The notes under the pieces are model-generated. The model was not told the origin of the DNA. It searched no databases and saw only the letters and a program-made list of their open reading frames with translations. 64,000 bases of DNA. It comes from Bacteroidales bacterium (GTDB lineage Bacteria; Bacteroidota; Bacteroidia; Bacteroidales; F082). The first letter of the stretch is position 1, and every line of letters begins with the position of its first letter. Where the stretch lies: assembly GCA_017394865.1 (NCBI GenBank), contig JAFPWT010000015.1, positions 61,779 through 125,778 of the forward strand, read 5' to 3'. A program made the position numbers and the translations under genes. Below, in pieces: positions 1 to 9,609 of the stretch.

Positions 1-815
1 AAATCCATGGCATCTTTTAGCTTATCATAAATCTGCTTGTCGAATTTCAGTTTCATCATCTCCTGAAGGATCTCATCCGTAGTCATCTCCACGGCATTCA
101 CATGGAACTGACCTTCGATGTACTCACGAGTGATGTCGGACAAGCCGGAATAGTACTCTTTGACCTTACCCGTCTGCCACAATTTCTGGTCACGCAGGCT
201 CTTCAAGTCAATGAGGGCCTTGTCGTATGGAGGTATCGTACGACGTCTGACGGGAGCCACTGGCCCATTAGGTTTCTTCTTGAAAAACTTCACATAGCAC
301 CACACCCCGACGCCCACAACAATCAGGAACAAGGCGATCAAAATCCAAGGCAGCACCTCCCTCATCTTTACGGGATGCTTAATAGGGGGCGCAATGGGAT
401 GGTATGCCTGGGTGGTGTCGACGGCGATGGTCGAGGCATGGAGCATGATGGAATCGGTGACAGTGGAGAGTGGAGAGTGGAGAGTGGAAAGTTGCAAATT
501 GGGGATTTGGACGTCTCCTGTGTCAAAAGTCACCAACGTCAGCTGTTGCTGCATGACGATGTTGCTGTCAGCATCGATGGAACGTTGCAGCTCGCCACGA
601 TCCAGCACATCAAAACGTGATGACAGAATGTCAGTCACAGCAGAATTCCATTCCACGACGCTGTCACGAGGAGCCTTCAACGCCAGATCGAGCGTAAAGG
701 GTTTGCCTACGGAGACATGTTCGTCCTGCACCTTGGCACTGGCTTCGAAGTCTTGCGCCGCAGCCACACCTATAAGGCTAAAAATCAAACCGATTATCAA
801 AAACCATTGTTTCAT
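1..815 (-). CDS. DUF4381-like membrane protein of a Bat/aerotolerance-type operon (3' end lies outside the window)
   Basis: Hand translation of the minus strand from ATG 815-813 gives MKQWFLIIGLIFSLIGVAAAQ..., then a TM segment VLPWILIALFLIVVGVGVWCYV, then PPYDKALIDLKSLRDQKLWQTGKVKEYY. The start overlaps the DUF58 stop (ATGA). The frame stays open to the window edge, so it is absent from the ORF track. It sits directly after MoxR-DUF58. Confidence 0.6.
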   Translation of the reverse strand, partial: MKQWFLIIGLIFSLIGVAAAQDFEASAKVQDEHVSVGKPFTLDLALKAPRDSVVEWNSAVTDILSSRFDVLDRGELQRSIDADSNIVMQQQLTLVTFDTGDVQIPNLQLSTLHSPLSTVTDSIMLHASTIAVDTTQAYHPIAPPIKHPVKMREVLPWILIALFLIVVGVGVWCYVKFFKKKPNGPVAPVRRRTIPPYDKALIDLKSLRDQKLWQTGKVKEYYSGLSDITREYIEGQFHVNAVEMTTDEILQEMMKLKFDKQIYDKLKDAMD

Positions 816-1690
816 CGTCTTGCCTCCCTCTTCTTGAAAAGTTGCATCAAAGGCTTCACATAATCTTCATCGGTATAAATAAGCGTATTGTCGATACCTT
901 GCTTGGTAAAGAGCCGGTTGAGTTTGAGCGACTCCTCCTTGATCATCTTTTGGTAGGCGTTGTGCCATACACGGCTTGAGGTGTCGACCCAGCGTTCTTT
1001 GCCCGTCTCGGCGTCGCGGAACTTCACCAGTCCCAGTTTTGGAATCTCCATCTCACGGTGGTCGGTGATGCGCAGTGCCACCAGATCGTGTTTGTTGGCG
1101 GCGATGCGGAGCTCACGCTCGAAGTCGTTGCCCGTCATGAAGTCGGAGATGAGGAAGGCGGTAGTGCGACGCTTGATGGCTGAAGTCAGGAAACGCAGGC
1201 CCTCGGCGATGTCTGTGCCGTTCTCTTCCGGCTTGAAGTCGACGATCTCGCGGATGATGCGCAGGATATGGGTACTGCCTTTCTTGGGTGGGATGAACTT
1301 CTCGATCTTGCTGCTGAAGAAGACGACGCCCACCTTGTCGTTGTTCTGGATGGCGGAGAACGCCAACACAGCGGCCAACTCGGCGGTGAGGTCACGTTTC
1401 GACTGTCCACGCGAGCCGAAGTCGTTCGAGCCCGACACGTCGATGAGCAGCATGACGGTCATCTCACGCTCTTCCTCGAAGATCTTGACGAAAGGCTTGT
1501 TGAATCGGGCGGTGACGTTCCAATCGATGTTGCGGATGTCGTCGCCATACTCATATTCACGCACCTCGCTGAAGGTCATACCACGCCCTCTGAAGGCGCT
1601 GTGGTACTGTCCGGAGAAGATGTGGTTCGACAGGCCCCGCGTCTTGATCTCAATTTTCTTGACTTTCTTGAATATGTCGTTTGCTTCCAT
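812..1690 (-). CDS. DUF58 family protein (vWA-like partner of MoxR)
   Basis: 292 aa with DDIRNIDWNVTAR and MLLIDVSGS motifs. Its start is coupled to the MoxR stop (TAATG overlap). Confidence 0.85.
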   Translation of the reverse strand: MEANDIFKKVKKIEIKTRGLSNHIFSGQYHSAFRGRGMTFSEVREYEYGDDIRNIDWNVTARFNKPFVKIFEEEREMTVMLLIDVSGSNDFGSRGQSKRDLTAELAAVLAFSAIQNNDKVGVVFFSSKIEKFIPPKKGSTHILRIIREIVDFKPEENGTDIAEGLRFLTSAIKRRTTAFLISDFMTGNDFERELRIAANKHDLVALRITDHREMEIPKLGLVKFRDAETGKERWVDTSSRVWHNAYQKMIKEESLKLNRLFTKQGIDNTLIYTDEDYVKPLMQLFKKREARR

Positions 1691-2682
1691 TACGGAACCT
1701 CCACAGTATTCAGAATCTCGTTGATGATTTCTTCGGTGGTGACGTTTTCGGCTTCAGCCTCGTAGGTCAGGCCGATACGGTGACGCAGCACATCGTGGGC
1801 GACGGCGCGGACATCCTCGGGGATGACGTAGCCACGGCGTTTTATGAAGGCGTAGGCCTTGGCGGCCAGGGCCAGGTTGATGGTGGCACGGGGCGATCCG
1901 CCGTAGCTGATCATATTGTTGAACTTCTTCAGCCTGTAGTCGCTCGGGTAACGAGAGGCGAACACGATGTCGGTGATATAGTTTTCGATCTTCTCGTCGA
2001 GGTAGACCTCGCGGCAGACCTCGCGGGCGCGGATGATGTCTTCGGGTTTGATGACCGGGTTGATCTGCGCGGCAGCGTTGCCGATGTTCTGACGGAGGAT
2101 GAGTTTCTCTTCATCTTTCTTGGGGTAGTTGATCACGACCTTAAGCATGAAACGGTCCACCTGCGCTTCGGGCAGCGGGTAGGTACCTTCCTGCTCGATG
2201 GGGTTCTGGGTAGCCATCACAAGGAAGGGATCGGGCAGCCTGAAGGTCTCGTCGCCGATGGTCACCTGGTGTTCCTGCATGGCTTCGAGCAGGGCGCTCT
2301 GCACCTTGGCGGGCGAACGGTTGATTTCATCGGCGAGGATGAAGTTGGCGAAGATGGGGCCCTTGCGGGTCACGAACTCTTCGTTCTTCTGGCTGTAGAT
2401 AAGGGTACCGACGAGGTCGGCGGGCAGCAGGTCAGGGGTAAACTGGATACGGCTGAAGTCGGCGTCGATGGCCTGTGCCATTGACTTGATGGCAAGGGTC
2501 TTGGCCAGACCCGGCACGCCCTCAAGGAGGATGTGTCCGTTGGCCAGAAGGCCGATCAGCAAACGTTCGGTCATCTGTTTCTGTCCGACGATGACCTTGT
2601 TCATCTCCAGGTTGATCAAGTCCACGAATTGGCTCTCACGCTGGATTTTCTCGTTCAATTCACGAATGTCAGTTTCTATCAT
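1690..2682 (-). CDS. MoxR-family AAA+ ATPase
   Basis: 330 aa with Walker A GVPGLAKT and Walker B region FILADEINRSPAKVQSALLEAMQE. It is the first gene of the MoxR-DUF58 operon. Confidence 0.9.
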   Translation of the reverse strand: MIETDIRELNEKIQRESQFVDLINLEMNKVIVGQKQMTERLLIGLLANGHILLEGVPGLAKTLAIKSMAQAIDADFSRIQFTPDLLPADLVGTLIYSQKNEEFVTRKGPIFANFILADEINRSPAKVQSALLEAMQEHQVTIGDETFRLPDPFLVMATQNPIEQEGTYPLPEAQVDRFMLKVVINYPKKDEEKLILRQNIGNAAAQINPVIKPEDIIRAREVCREVYLDEKIENYITDIVFASRYPSDYRLKKFNNMISYGGSPRATINLALAAKAYAFIKRRGYVIPEDVRAVAHDVLRHRIGLTYEAEAENVTTEEIINEILNTVEVP

Positions 2683-2854
2683 TGTTGTTACTGTTTAGTT
2701 TGTCAGTGATATGGACGCGGCGCGCTTTGTCAAAAAACATGCAAAAATACGGCTTTGTCAGTTAAAAAACTCCTATTTAATAATTTTATTGTCAAAACAG
2801 GGCATAAAAATCAAGGTTTATTTATTATTTTTGCGTCATCAACAATCCGAACCG

Positions 2855-4138
2855 ATGATTAAAAAAATCTATAAATTCGGCGGTGCCTCGGTAAAAGATG
2901 CCGATGCCGTCCGAAACCTAAAAAATATCGTGGCGCAACACAAGGATGAGGACATCTTTTTGGTGGTGTCAGCCATGGGCAAAACGACCAATATGTTGGA
3001 GAAAGCCTTGAAGGACTTCCGCGAGCACGACGGACAACTTGGCATGGAGGCGCTCCACGATGTCATCGCTTACCACGACGGCATCATCCAAGGCCTTTTC
3101 GGCAAAGGCGCCAACCCTGAATTTGAGGAGAGCATTGCCAACCTATTCATCGAGCTCTGGGAGAAGCTCCAACGCGCCGATCAACCCTACGACTACCAGT
3201 ACGACCAGACGGTGAGCTACGGCGAGCTCATCTCTACTACCATCATTCAGGAGTACCTCAACCACTGCGAAGTGCCCTGCCGCTGGCTCGACGCGCGCAA
3301 ATATGTGCTCACCGACGAACGCTTCCGCAGCGCCTCGCCCGACTGGGACGAAACCCGGCTGCGCATCAGCAAACTCAACGACGAACACATCCACGGCATC
3401 GTGTGCATCACTCAAGGCTTCATCGGGTCAACCGTCGACGGCAAGCACACCGTCACCCTAGGTCGCGAGGGATCCGACTACACCGCCGCCATCTTCGCCA
3501 ACTGCCTCGACGCCGAAGAAGTCACCATCTGGAAGGACGTCGACGGGCTGCTCAACGCCGACCCGAAACGTTTCGATGAGACCGTGCAACTCCCCCACAT
3601 CACCTACTCCGAAGCCATCGAGCTGGCCTTCTACGGGGCCTCCATCATCCACCCTAAGACCGTCAAACCCCTGCAGAACAAGAACATCACCCTCAAGGTG
3701 CAGTCGTTCCTCCACCCCGACCACGCCCCTTCCGTCATCGACGGAAAGGCCGATCGCAACATTGAACGCACCCCCTCTTATATCGTCAAGGACAACCAGA
3801 CGCTGGTATCCATCTCGCCCCGCGACTACTCCTTTATGAACGAACATAACCTCCGACTCATCTTCGGCGCCTGCGACGAGCTCAACATCCACGCCAACGT
3901 CATCCAGACCTCGGCCTTGATGCTCTCGTTCTGCTTCGACCACGACGACCTGAGGCTGAAAGGACTCATCGCGGCACTCAAGGAATCCTTCCAGGTGAAA
4001 TACAACAAGGGGTTGACGTTGTTCACCATACGTCATTACGACTATTCCTACACCATGGGCGACGAGTTCCTCAAAGGAAAGAAGATATTATTGAAACAAA
4101 GCAGCCGAAGCACGCTGCAGTTTGTGATAGAGAGTTGA
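2855..4138 (+). CDS. lysC: aspartate kinase
   Basis: The N-terminus MIKKIYKFGGASVKDA carries the KFGG(T/A)SV signature, and the length (427 aa) fits. I trimmed the track start from 2711 to the ATG at 2855. Confidence 0.85.
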   Translation: MIKKIYKFGGASVKDADAVRNLKNIVAQHKDEDIFLVVSAMGKTTNMLEKALKDFREHDGQLGMEALHDVIAYHDGIIQGLFGKGANPEFEESIANLFIELWEKLQRADQPYDYQYDQTVSYGELISTTIIQEYLNHCEVPCRWLDARKYVLTDERFRSASPDWDETRLRISKLNDEHIHGIVCITQGFIGSTVDGKHTVTLGREGSDYTAAIFANCLDAEEVTIWKDVDGLLNADPKRFDETVQLPHITYSEAIELAFYGASIIHPKTVKPLQNKNITLKVQSFLHPDHAPSVIDGKADRNIERTPSYIVKDNQTLVSISPRDYSFMNEHNLRLIFGACDELNIHANVIQTSALMLSFCFDHDDLRLKGLIAALKESFQVKYNKGLTLFTIRHYDYSYTMGDEFLKGKKILLKQSSRSTLQFVIES

Positions 4139-4174
4139 ACGGCGTAAGCCCTCACCGACCGAAGGGAGGTAACG

Positions 4175-4840
4175 TTGAGAATTATTGCGACCATACACAC
4201 CGAGTTCCCGACGAAGTTTGGGATTCCCCGCCAGAGCGGCATCATTGAGTCGCTCCAGGGAACCATCGTGTTCGAGCCGGACTATCGCATCCCCGAGGCG
4301 GTGCGGGGGCTCGAGGAGTTTTCACATCTCTGGCTGATCTGGGAGTTCTCCGAAGCCAAGCGCGACAGCTGGTCGCCTACGGTACGTCCTCCCCGACTTG
4401 GCGGCAACATCCGCAAAGGCGTCTTCGCCACACGGTCGCCCTTCCGGCCCAATCCCATCGGTCTTTCTTCCGTGAAATTGGAAAAGATCGAGATGGACCC
4501 GAAGCTTGGCCCAGTACTGCACGTCAGCGGCGCCGACCTGATGGACGGCACACCCATCTACGACATCAAGCCCTACATCGTCTACACTGATAGTCATCCA
4601 AAGGCTGTCAGTGGCTTTGCCTCACAACCTGCGGAATATCTTTTGAAGGTGGATTTCCCGGAAGAACTCCTTCGTGAAATCCCCGAAGCCCAGCGTGAGA
4701 GCCTCATCGCCGTCCTCGCCCACGACCCCAGACCGCAGTATCAAGACGATCCCGAGCGGGTTTACGGCATGGCGTTCGGCAAATACGAAGTGAGGTTCAA
4801 AGTCGATGACCTGAACCTCACTGTGATAGATATTAAATAA
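4175..4840 (+). CDS. trmO: tRNA (t6A37-N6)-methyltransferase TrmO (YaeB family)
   Basis: FSHLWLIWEF and RSPFRPNPIGLS motifs are present. The only in-frame start near the conserved N-terminus is TTG at 4175. Confidence 0.8.
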   Translation: MRIIATIHTEFPTKFGIPRQSGIIESLQGTIVFEPDYRIPEAVRGLEEFSHLWLIWEFSEAKRDSWSPTVRPPRLGGNIRKGVFATRSPFRPNPIGLSSVKLEKIEMDPKLGPVLHVSGADLMDGTPIYDIKPYIVYTDSHPKAVSGFASQPAEYLLKVDFPEELLREIPEAQRESLIAVLAHDPRPQYQDDPERVYGMAFGKYEVRFKVDDLNLTVIDIK

Positions 4841-4848
4841 GGCTTTGA

Positions 4849-5655
4849 TTACTTGATTTTCGCCATGCCGGTATGAATGATCTTACCGTCTTTGTTGTCG
4901 TAAATGTAAGTAAGGATGTAGCATTGGTCGGCGTTGTAAACTGAATCAATCGTCGTGGTGCAGTTTACGGTGAATTCATCAGCGGGATAAATGGCACTGT
5001 TGGAAAACATCTCGCCGTCAGCGCCGTTGAGGGTGCCACGGAACACGTTACGGAACACATAAGCCGTATCGACGCCACCGGGGACTACCTGGCGACCCAC
5101 AATGCTGTCCTCCATCAGGCACACCGTAGCATAATACGTCGCATCGCCGTCGCCGTTGACCGTGAAGGTGTTTCTGACCTTCAGCTCACGGCTGGCCTCG
5201 TTGTAGTCGTTTTCAATGGCAATGTTGAAGACCTGAGGCTCGGTGAGCGCATCGCCAACGGCTGCGTCGATTTGCGACACATTCAGCGTGTTGCCTTCGG
5301 TCAGCGACACATGGTCGACAGCAAACAAGGGATTGGAGGAGTTTTCATTGTACCACAGCGTGCCTTCCTCGGTACGAAAATCGGGGAACTTACCCACTGG
5401 CATCGCCAGACTACCCGCATGGACGCTCATGATGAACACGCGGTCCTCGCCCAGTTGATGCTGCAACTCGTGAGCTGTCTCGGCGGCACCAGGGCAGTTC
5501 ACGCAACGCACTCCCGTGAAATCTTTGATCAACACTGTCTTTCCTGAACTTGAAGGGGTATAGGGCTTATGGGTGTTGTTGATATCGATCTTGTCACAAC
5601 TTGTCACAGCCAACATCAGGGCTGCAAAAGCGATAATGGAAAGAATCTTTTTCAT
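4849..5655 (-). CDS. Omp28-related lipoprotein with a CxxC motif
   Basis: Lipoprotein signal MKKILSIIAFAALMLAVTSC and thioredoxin-like FTGVRCVNCP. It is the last gene of the TlpA / beta-barrel / lipoprotein triad. Confidence 0.6.
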   Translation of the reverse strand: MKKILSIIAFAALMLAVTSCDKIDINNTHKPYTPSSSGKTVLIKDFTGVRCVNCPGAAETAHELQHQLGEDRVFIMSVHAGSLAMPVGKFPDFRTEEGTLWYNENSSNPLFAVDHVSLTEGNTLNVSQIDAAVGDALTEPQVFNIAIENDYNEASRELKVRNTFTVNGDGDATYYATVCLMEDSIVGRQVVPGGVDTAYVFRNVFRGTLNGADGEMFSNSAIYPADEFTVNCTTTIDSVYNADQCYILTYIYDNKDGKIIHTGMAKIK

Positions 5656-5667
5656 GGCTTCGCTGTT

Positions 5668-7407
5668 TTAGAATGAAGTGGAAACGGTTAAGCTCACGCC
5701 ACTCGAGGCGGGAACGGTACGGCACACGCCGCCGACACACACCACGCCTTCGCTCTGACGGCCGCCGCTCAGCATGATACGGGTAGCCTCGTGGATATAG
5801 GTGACGGTGCCGGTGAAGTAATGGTCGCGGAACTCAGGCACGGGGTTGCCGTAGTTCCACTTGTCGGCAATGGAGATCGACCAGTGTGGGGTGATGCTGT
5901 ATTCCAGCAGGCCAAAGGCCCAGTCACCACGTTTCTGGTAGTCTTTCTTCTCGCTCTCATCGTAGACATAACCTTTCTTGACTTCTCTTTCCCAGAGGCC
6001 CTGCAGTTCGAAGCGGAGGCTCTGTCGTTTGTTGATCTTGTAAGTCACGTCGAGGAAACCGATATTGGCCTGTACAGGCGGGGCACCGGCATGACCCTCG
6101 ATGGTCTCGATGTCGTAATACAGGTTGATATACTGTGCAGTGACATGCCAGTCCTTGCTGATCTTCTTGTCGATCTCGAAGTTGATATCACGGAAGAAAC
6201 GGTGGTCGCTGACGGCGAAGAAGTCGGAGGCATAGCCCAGCGTGCCCTTCTTGTTGATCACCATCTGGCCGTGGTCCATGATGGAGTCGCGCACGATGTC
6301 GTTCACCTGACTCATGTTAAGTGACAGCTTGGTGCCGTATTTTCCGCCGAGGACAGTGCCTTTCGGGATGGTGTAGTTCACTTGGAACTGAGCCGCCATC
6401 TCGCCATTGGGCTGGGTCGAGTATGTATACATCGACGGCAGGCTGTGTGTGTGCGTGTAGTTGATCGGCGGGATGAAGTTGATGTCGAGGTCGTTTTGCA
6501 GCGCAGTATACTGCGACTTGAAGCTCATGTTGTCGGTGCGTTTCACTTGAAGCACCACGCCGAGGCCTTTCTGTGAATAGGACAATGACGACATCAGTGC
6601 CTGTCCTTCCTTATAAATGAAGTTGTTGATGGCCGATGGGTCATTGATCTTATAGGCGTACTCGGTGCTGAAGGCGAAGCGGCCATAGCTCATGTTGACG
6701 CGACCGGCGGCGGCGCCCACGTTCTCAGGGATATAGTAGAACAGGCTTTGGTCGTATTGTTTCTTGCTGACGAAGCTACCGCCGAGGGTCATCTTGAACT
6801 CCGATTCGTTCATGGCGGGGATGCTTTGGTTGAGGTCCCACTCGCCGTCGACGCCACGCACGATGCCGCGGTAGTCGTCGGTGGCAAATTCACGTTCGTT
6901 ATAGGGAGCCCAGAAATAACGTTGGCGACCGTACACGCCTTTAAGGGTGACGCCTTGTATGGGTCGCACGATCGTACGCACGCCACGCAGGGCGTTGTCC
7001 ATACCCAGTGACCATTCCTCGTAGGTACGGAACACCAGGCCGTTGCCGAACTGGTCGTAGATGTCGCCCACGGTGACACCGACAAAACCGTTGTCGTAGG
7101 TGGCATAGAAGTTGGCCAGACCCACGCCGTTTAGCTCTTGGCGGAAGCCGTTCAACTCAGGCAGGAAGGCTTCGAAGCGGATGCCCGCCGAGAAGTTGCC
7201 GTTGGAATATCCGACCTTCCCGAAGCCATTGAGGCCCAGTTGTTTGCCATAAAGGTTGTCGATACCGATACCATTGTCGAGCATATAGTACTGGGCATCG
7301 GTCTGGAAGCTGCCGTTCACTTGACTGTTCTCAAGAAACGACTGAGCACTCGCCTTGAAGCCGAATGTCAACGCGAGTGCCAGGGTAAGCAGTATATGTT
7401 TTCGCAT
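5668..7407 (-). CDS. outer-membrane beta-barrel protein (DUF6029-like)
   Basis: 579 aa with a signal peptide ending ASAQ, aromatic-rich alternating beta-strand pattern and a C-terminal ...LTVSTSF. Confidence 0.6.
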   Translation of the reverse strand: MRKHILLTLALALTFGFKASAQSFLENSQVNGSFQTDAQYYMLDNGIGIDNLYGKQLGLNGFGKVGYSNGNFSAGIRFEAFLPELNGFRQELNGVGLANFYATYDNGFVGVTVGDIYDQFGNGLVFRTYEEWSLGMDNALRGVRTIVRPIQGVTLKGVYGRQRYFWAPYNEREFATDDYRGIVRGVDGEWDLNQSIPAMNESEFKMTLGGSFVSKKQYDQSLFYYIPENVGAAAGRVNMSYGRFAFSTEYAYKINDPSAINNFIYKEGQALMSSLSYSQKGLGVVLQVKRTDNMSFKSQYTALQNDLDINFIPPINYTHTHSLPSMYTYSTQPNGEMAAQFQVNYTIPKGTVLGGKYGTKLSLNMSQVNDIVRDSIMDHGQMVINKKGTLGYASDFFAVSDHRFFRDINFEIDKKISKDWHVTAQYINLYYDIETIEGHAGAPPVQANIGFLDVTYKINKRQSLRFELQGLWEREVKKGYVYDESEKKDYQKRGDWAFGLLEYSITPHWSISIADKWNYGNPVPEFRDHYFTGTVTYIHEATRIMLSGGRQSEGVVCVGGVCRTVPASSGVSLTVSTSF

Positions 7408-7419
7408 TGTGCTCTGTTT

Positions 7420-7932
7420 TTATTTCAATTTCAGGATTTCCTCATAGAGTTCATCTTCGGCGCCATCCCAGTAGCCTGTGTGCTGGTAGACCATCTTGCC
7501 TTTCCCGTCAAACAGGAACGTATGAGGCGGGTTGTTTACATTCATGGCACGTTTCAGGTCGCCGTTAACATCGAGAAGGACTTCAAAATCCCAGCCTTTG
7601 CCTTCCACGAAGGGTTTCACCTTGGCGGTGGTACGCGAGTCGTCGATGGAGACCGCATAGATTTTCACACCCGTCTCATTCTGCCAGTCGGCATAAACCT
7701 CATCAAGAGCGTTGTGCTCTTTGATGCAAGGGCCGCACCAAGTGGCCCAGAAGGTAAGAACGACAGGACCGTTCTGGGTGGCGCCACGTTTGTTGTTGGC
7801 AAAAAGACTGGAAACGTTCACATCCTTACCGTTCAAATCCTTCAAGGTAACGTTTGGTAAGTCGGATTTCTGCTGGGCCTGCAGTCCGAAAGCAAAAAGG
7901 ACTGCAGCCATTAATACAAAAAGTTTTTTCAT
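7420..7932 (-). CDS. TlpA-family thiol:disulfide oxidoreductase
   Basis: Signal peptide plus the FWATWCGPC active-site motif. Confidence 0.85.
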   Translation of the reverse strand: MKKLFVLMAAVLFAFGLQAQQKSDLPNVTLKDLNGKDVNVSSLFANNKRGATQNGPVVLTFWATWCGPCIKEHNALDEVYADWQNETGVKIYAVSIDDSRTTAKVKPFVEGKGWDFEVLLDVNGDLKRAMNVNNPPHTFLFDGKGKMVYQHTGYWDGAEDELYEEILKLK

Positions 7933-7938
7933 GGTATT

Positions 7939-8928
7939 TTATTTATTTACATATATTTCCAAAAGCTTGCACTCGTCTTGCGCCTTGATGTTGACCTTGT
8001 CGATCACGTTGGGGATCAAAACGACTTCGCCGGTAGTTACAAATATCGAGCCATTTTCCCATTCCAACAAAAATTTTCCTTCCACGGGGAAGAGTAGCAC
8101 GAACGAATCAAGCTCCGAATAGTCCTTTGCCATCGCCCCTTTGAGGGTGAGTACATTGGTAGTAAAATAAGGCGAATCGACCACTGGGACGGTCTTGTTG
8201 AGCACGGGGGTATAGGGCGTTTTATAGTTCTCCACCGGATCAAAGTCAACAGCGTCGAGCGACTGAGGGATATGAAGTTCGCGCCTCATGCCAGCCACGT
8301 CGATGCGATCCCAGTCGTAGATGCGGTAGGTAGTGTCGCTGGTCTGCTGGATCTCGGCCACCACGATGCCAGGGCCGAGAGCATGGACACGACCTGCAGG
8401 GATGTAGAACACATCGCCTTTCTCAGCGGTCTCGTGGTTGAGCACGCTTTGGATGTCGTTATCCTTCAGCACGCGGATATATTTCATGCGGTTCATCTCG
8501 CAGTTGAAGCCCGACACGAGTTCCGCCTCGGGATCGGCCTGCATCACATACCACATCTCGGTCTTGCCGTAGCCAATATCGCGTTTTTCAGCCAGTTCAT
8601 CATCGGGGTGCACCTGCACAGAAAGCCAGTCGTTGGCATCGATGATCTTGATGAGAAGAGGGAACTGTTCGCCGTAACGGTCGAACACATCCTCACCCAC
8701 GAGATCGCCCATGAAGGTCTCCACGAGGTCGTTGATCTCGTCGCCTTCGAAATCGCCATTGGTGACGACACTCTGTTCGTCCCAGATTCCTGAGAGGAGC
8801 CATGCCTCGCCGCAGTTGGGCAGCTTGCCGTAGTCGAGGCCTATGATGTCTTTAATCTTGCGTCCTCCCCATATCTTATCTTTGAAGATCGGCTTGAACT
8901 TCAGGGGATAAAGCACGTTTGTCGACAT
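7939..8928 (-). CDS. manA: mannose-6-phosphate isomerase, class I
   Basis: IWGG, QVHPDD, GKTEMWYV and AGRVHALG motifs. Confidence 0.85.
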   Translation of the reverse strand: MSTNVLYPLKFKPIFKDKIWGGRKIKDIIGLDYGKLPNCGEAWLLSGIWDEQSVVTNGDFEGDEINDLVETFMGDLVGEDVFDRYGEQFPLLIKIIDANDWLSVQVHPDDELAEKRDIGYGKTEMWYVMQADPEAELVSGFNCEMNRMKYIRVLKDNDIQSVLNHETAEKGDVFYIPAGRVHALGPGIVVAEIQQTSDTTYRIYDWDRIDVAGMRRELHIPQSLDAVDFDPVENYKTPYTPVLNKTVPVVDSPYFTTNVLTLKGAMAKDYSELDSFVLLFPVEGKFLLEWENGSIFVTTGEVVLIPNVIDKVNIKAQDECKLLEIYVNK

Positions 8929-8934
8929 AAGAAG

Positions 8935-9489
8935 TTACTTCACTACCATTCCTTCAGCAATCTGGTTCAGCTCGCGCAAGTATGAGGCGTTCTCAGCCTG
9001 CATGACCAGTGCCAGCAAACTATTGCCGGAAAAAGCCATGAAACATTCTCCCTGAATGGGGAACGACATCAACGTAGCGGAGAAAGTGACTCCGTAACCC
9101 GTATTACGACCTTTCGTGACCTTCTCAACCGACGAACATCTAACATTACGATACAACTCGTTGTTTTCAATCTCTGACTTCATCGCTTCAGCGCCAATTG
9201 ACAAAGCTAATTCCTTGAGATCATTATCAAGATCTTCTTCATCAAAATCCATAATGGAAATCTGCACCATGGAGATGTCGTCGCCTTTGAGTTCACAGCA
9301 TAAGTCATATCCTTCCGAAGTCACCTCTTCATCAGTGATCTTATAGGTGTCGGGGTATTTGAAAGAGATGTACTGGTTGGAATAGGTCTTCCAGGTGACA
9401 GCCGTGAAGGCACACAGGCCCAAGAAACCAACGACGAGCAATACCGTCATCATGACAGAACGCTTCTTTGTATTCAATTTGCTTCTCAT
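8935..9489 (-). CDS. hypothetical membrane-anchored protein
   Basis: 184 aa with one N-terminal TM segment (VMMTVLLVVGFLGLCAFTAV). I recognised no family motif. Confidence 0.5.
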   Translation of the reverse strand: MRSKLNTKKRSVMMTVLLVVGFLGLCAFTAVTWKTYSNQYISFKYPDTYKITDEEVTSEGYDLCCELKGDDISMVQISIMDFDEEDLDNDLKELALSIGAEAMKSEIENNELYRNVRCSSVEKVTKGRNTGYGVTFSATLMSFPIQGECFMAFSGNSLLALVMQAENASYLRELNQIAEGMVVK

Positions 9490-9584
9490 ATAATTATAAT
9501 TAAAGGTGAAAAAACATTATTTGAAATCATCCACAAAAATACACTTTTTTTCAAATCACAAGGTCTCTGGCTCAAACAATTTCA

Positions 9585-9592
9585 TAATTTTG
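9585..9592 (+). promoter_or_regulatory. Bacteroidetes -7 promoter box (TAATTTTG)
   Basis: Matches TAnnTTTG, 18 nt upstream of the ATG at 9610. Confidence 0.45.
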
Positions 9593-9609
9593 CAATAAAC
9601 TGGCATTTT

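Noticed and set aside
102-837. Plus-strand ORFs 102..620 (172 aa) and 394..837 (147 aa).
   Set aside because: They are antisense shadows of the minus-strand DUF4381-like gene (1-815). That gene has a signal peptide, a TM helix, an ATGA-coupled start and operon context. The plus-strand translations are compositionally odd (H/G/D/V-rich).
2711-2854. N-terminal extensions in the ORF track at 2711, 12179, 27164, 31435, 32236, 40377, 42288, 45764, 48483, 50997, 61220 and 61272.
   Set aside because: The longest-ORF starts are often TTG or run through upstream promoter boxes or the preceding gene. In each case an internal ATG gives a canonical N-terminus (signal peptide or conserved family start), so I used the shorter coordinates.
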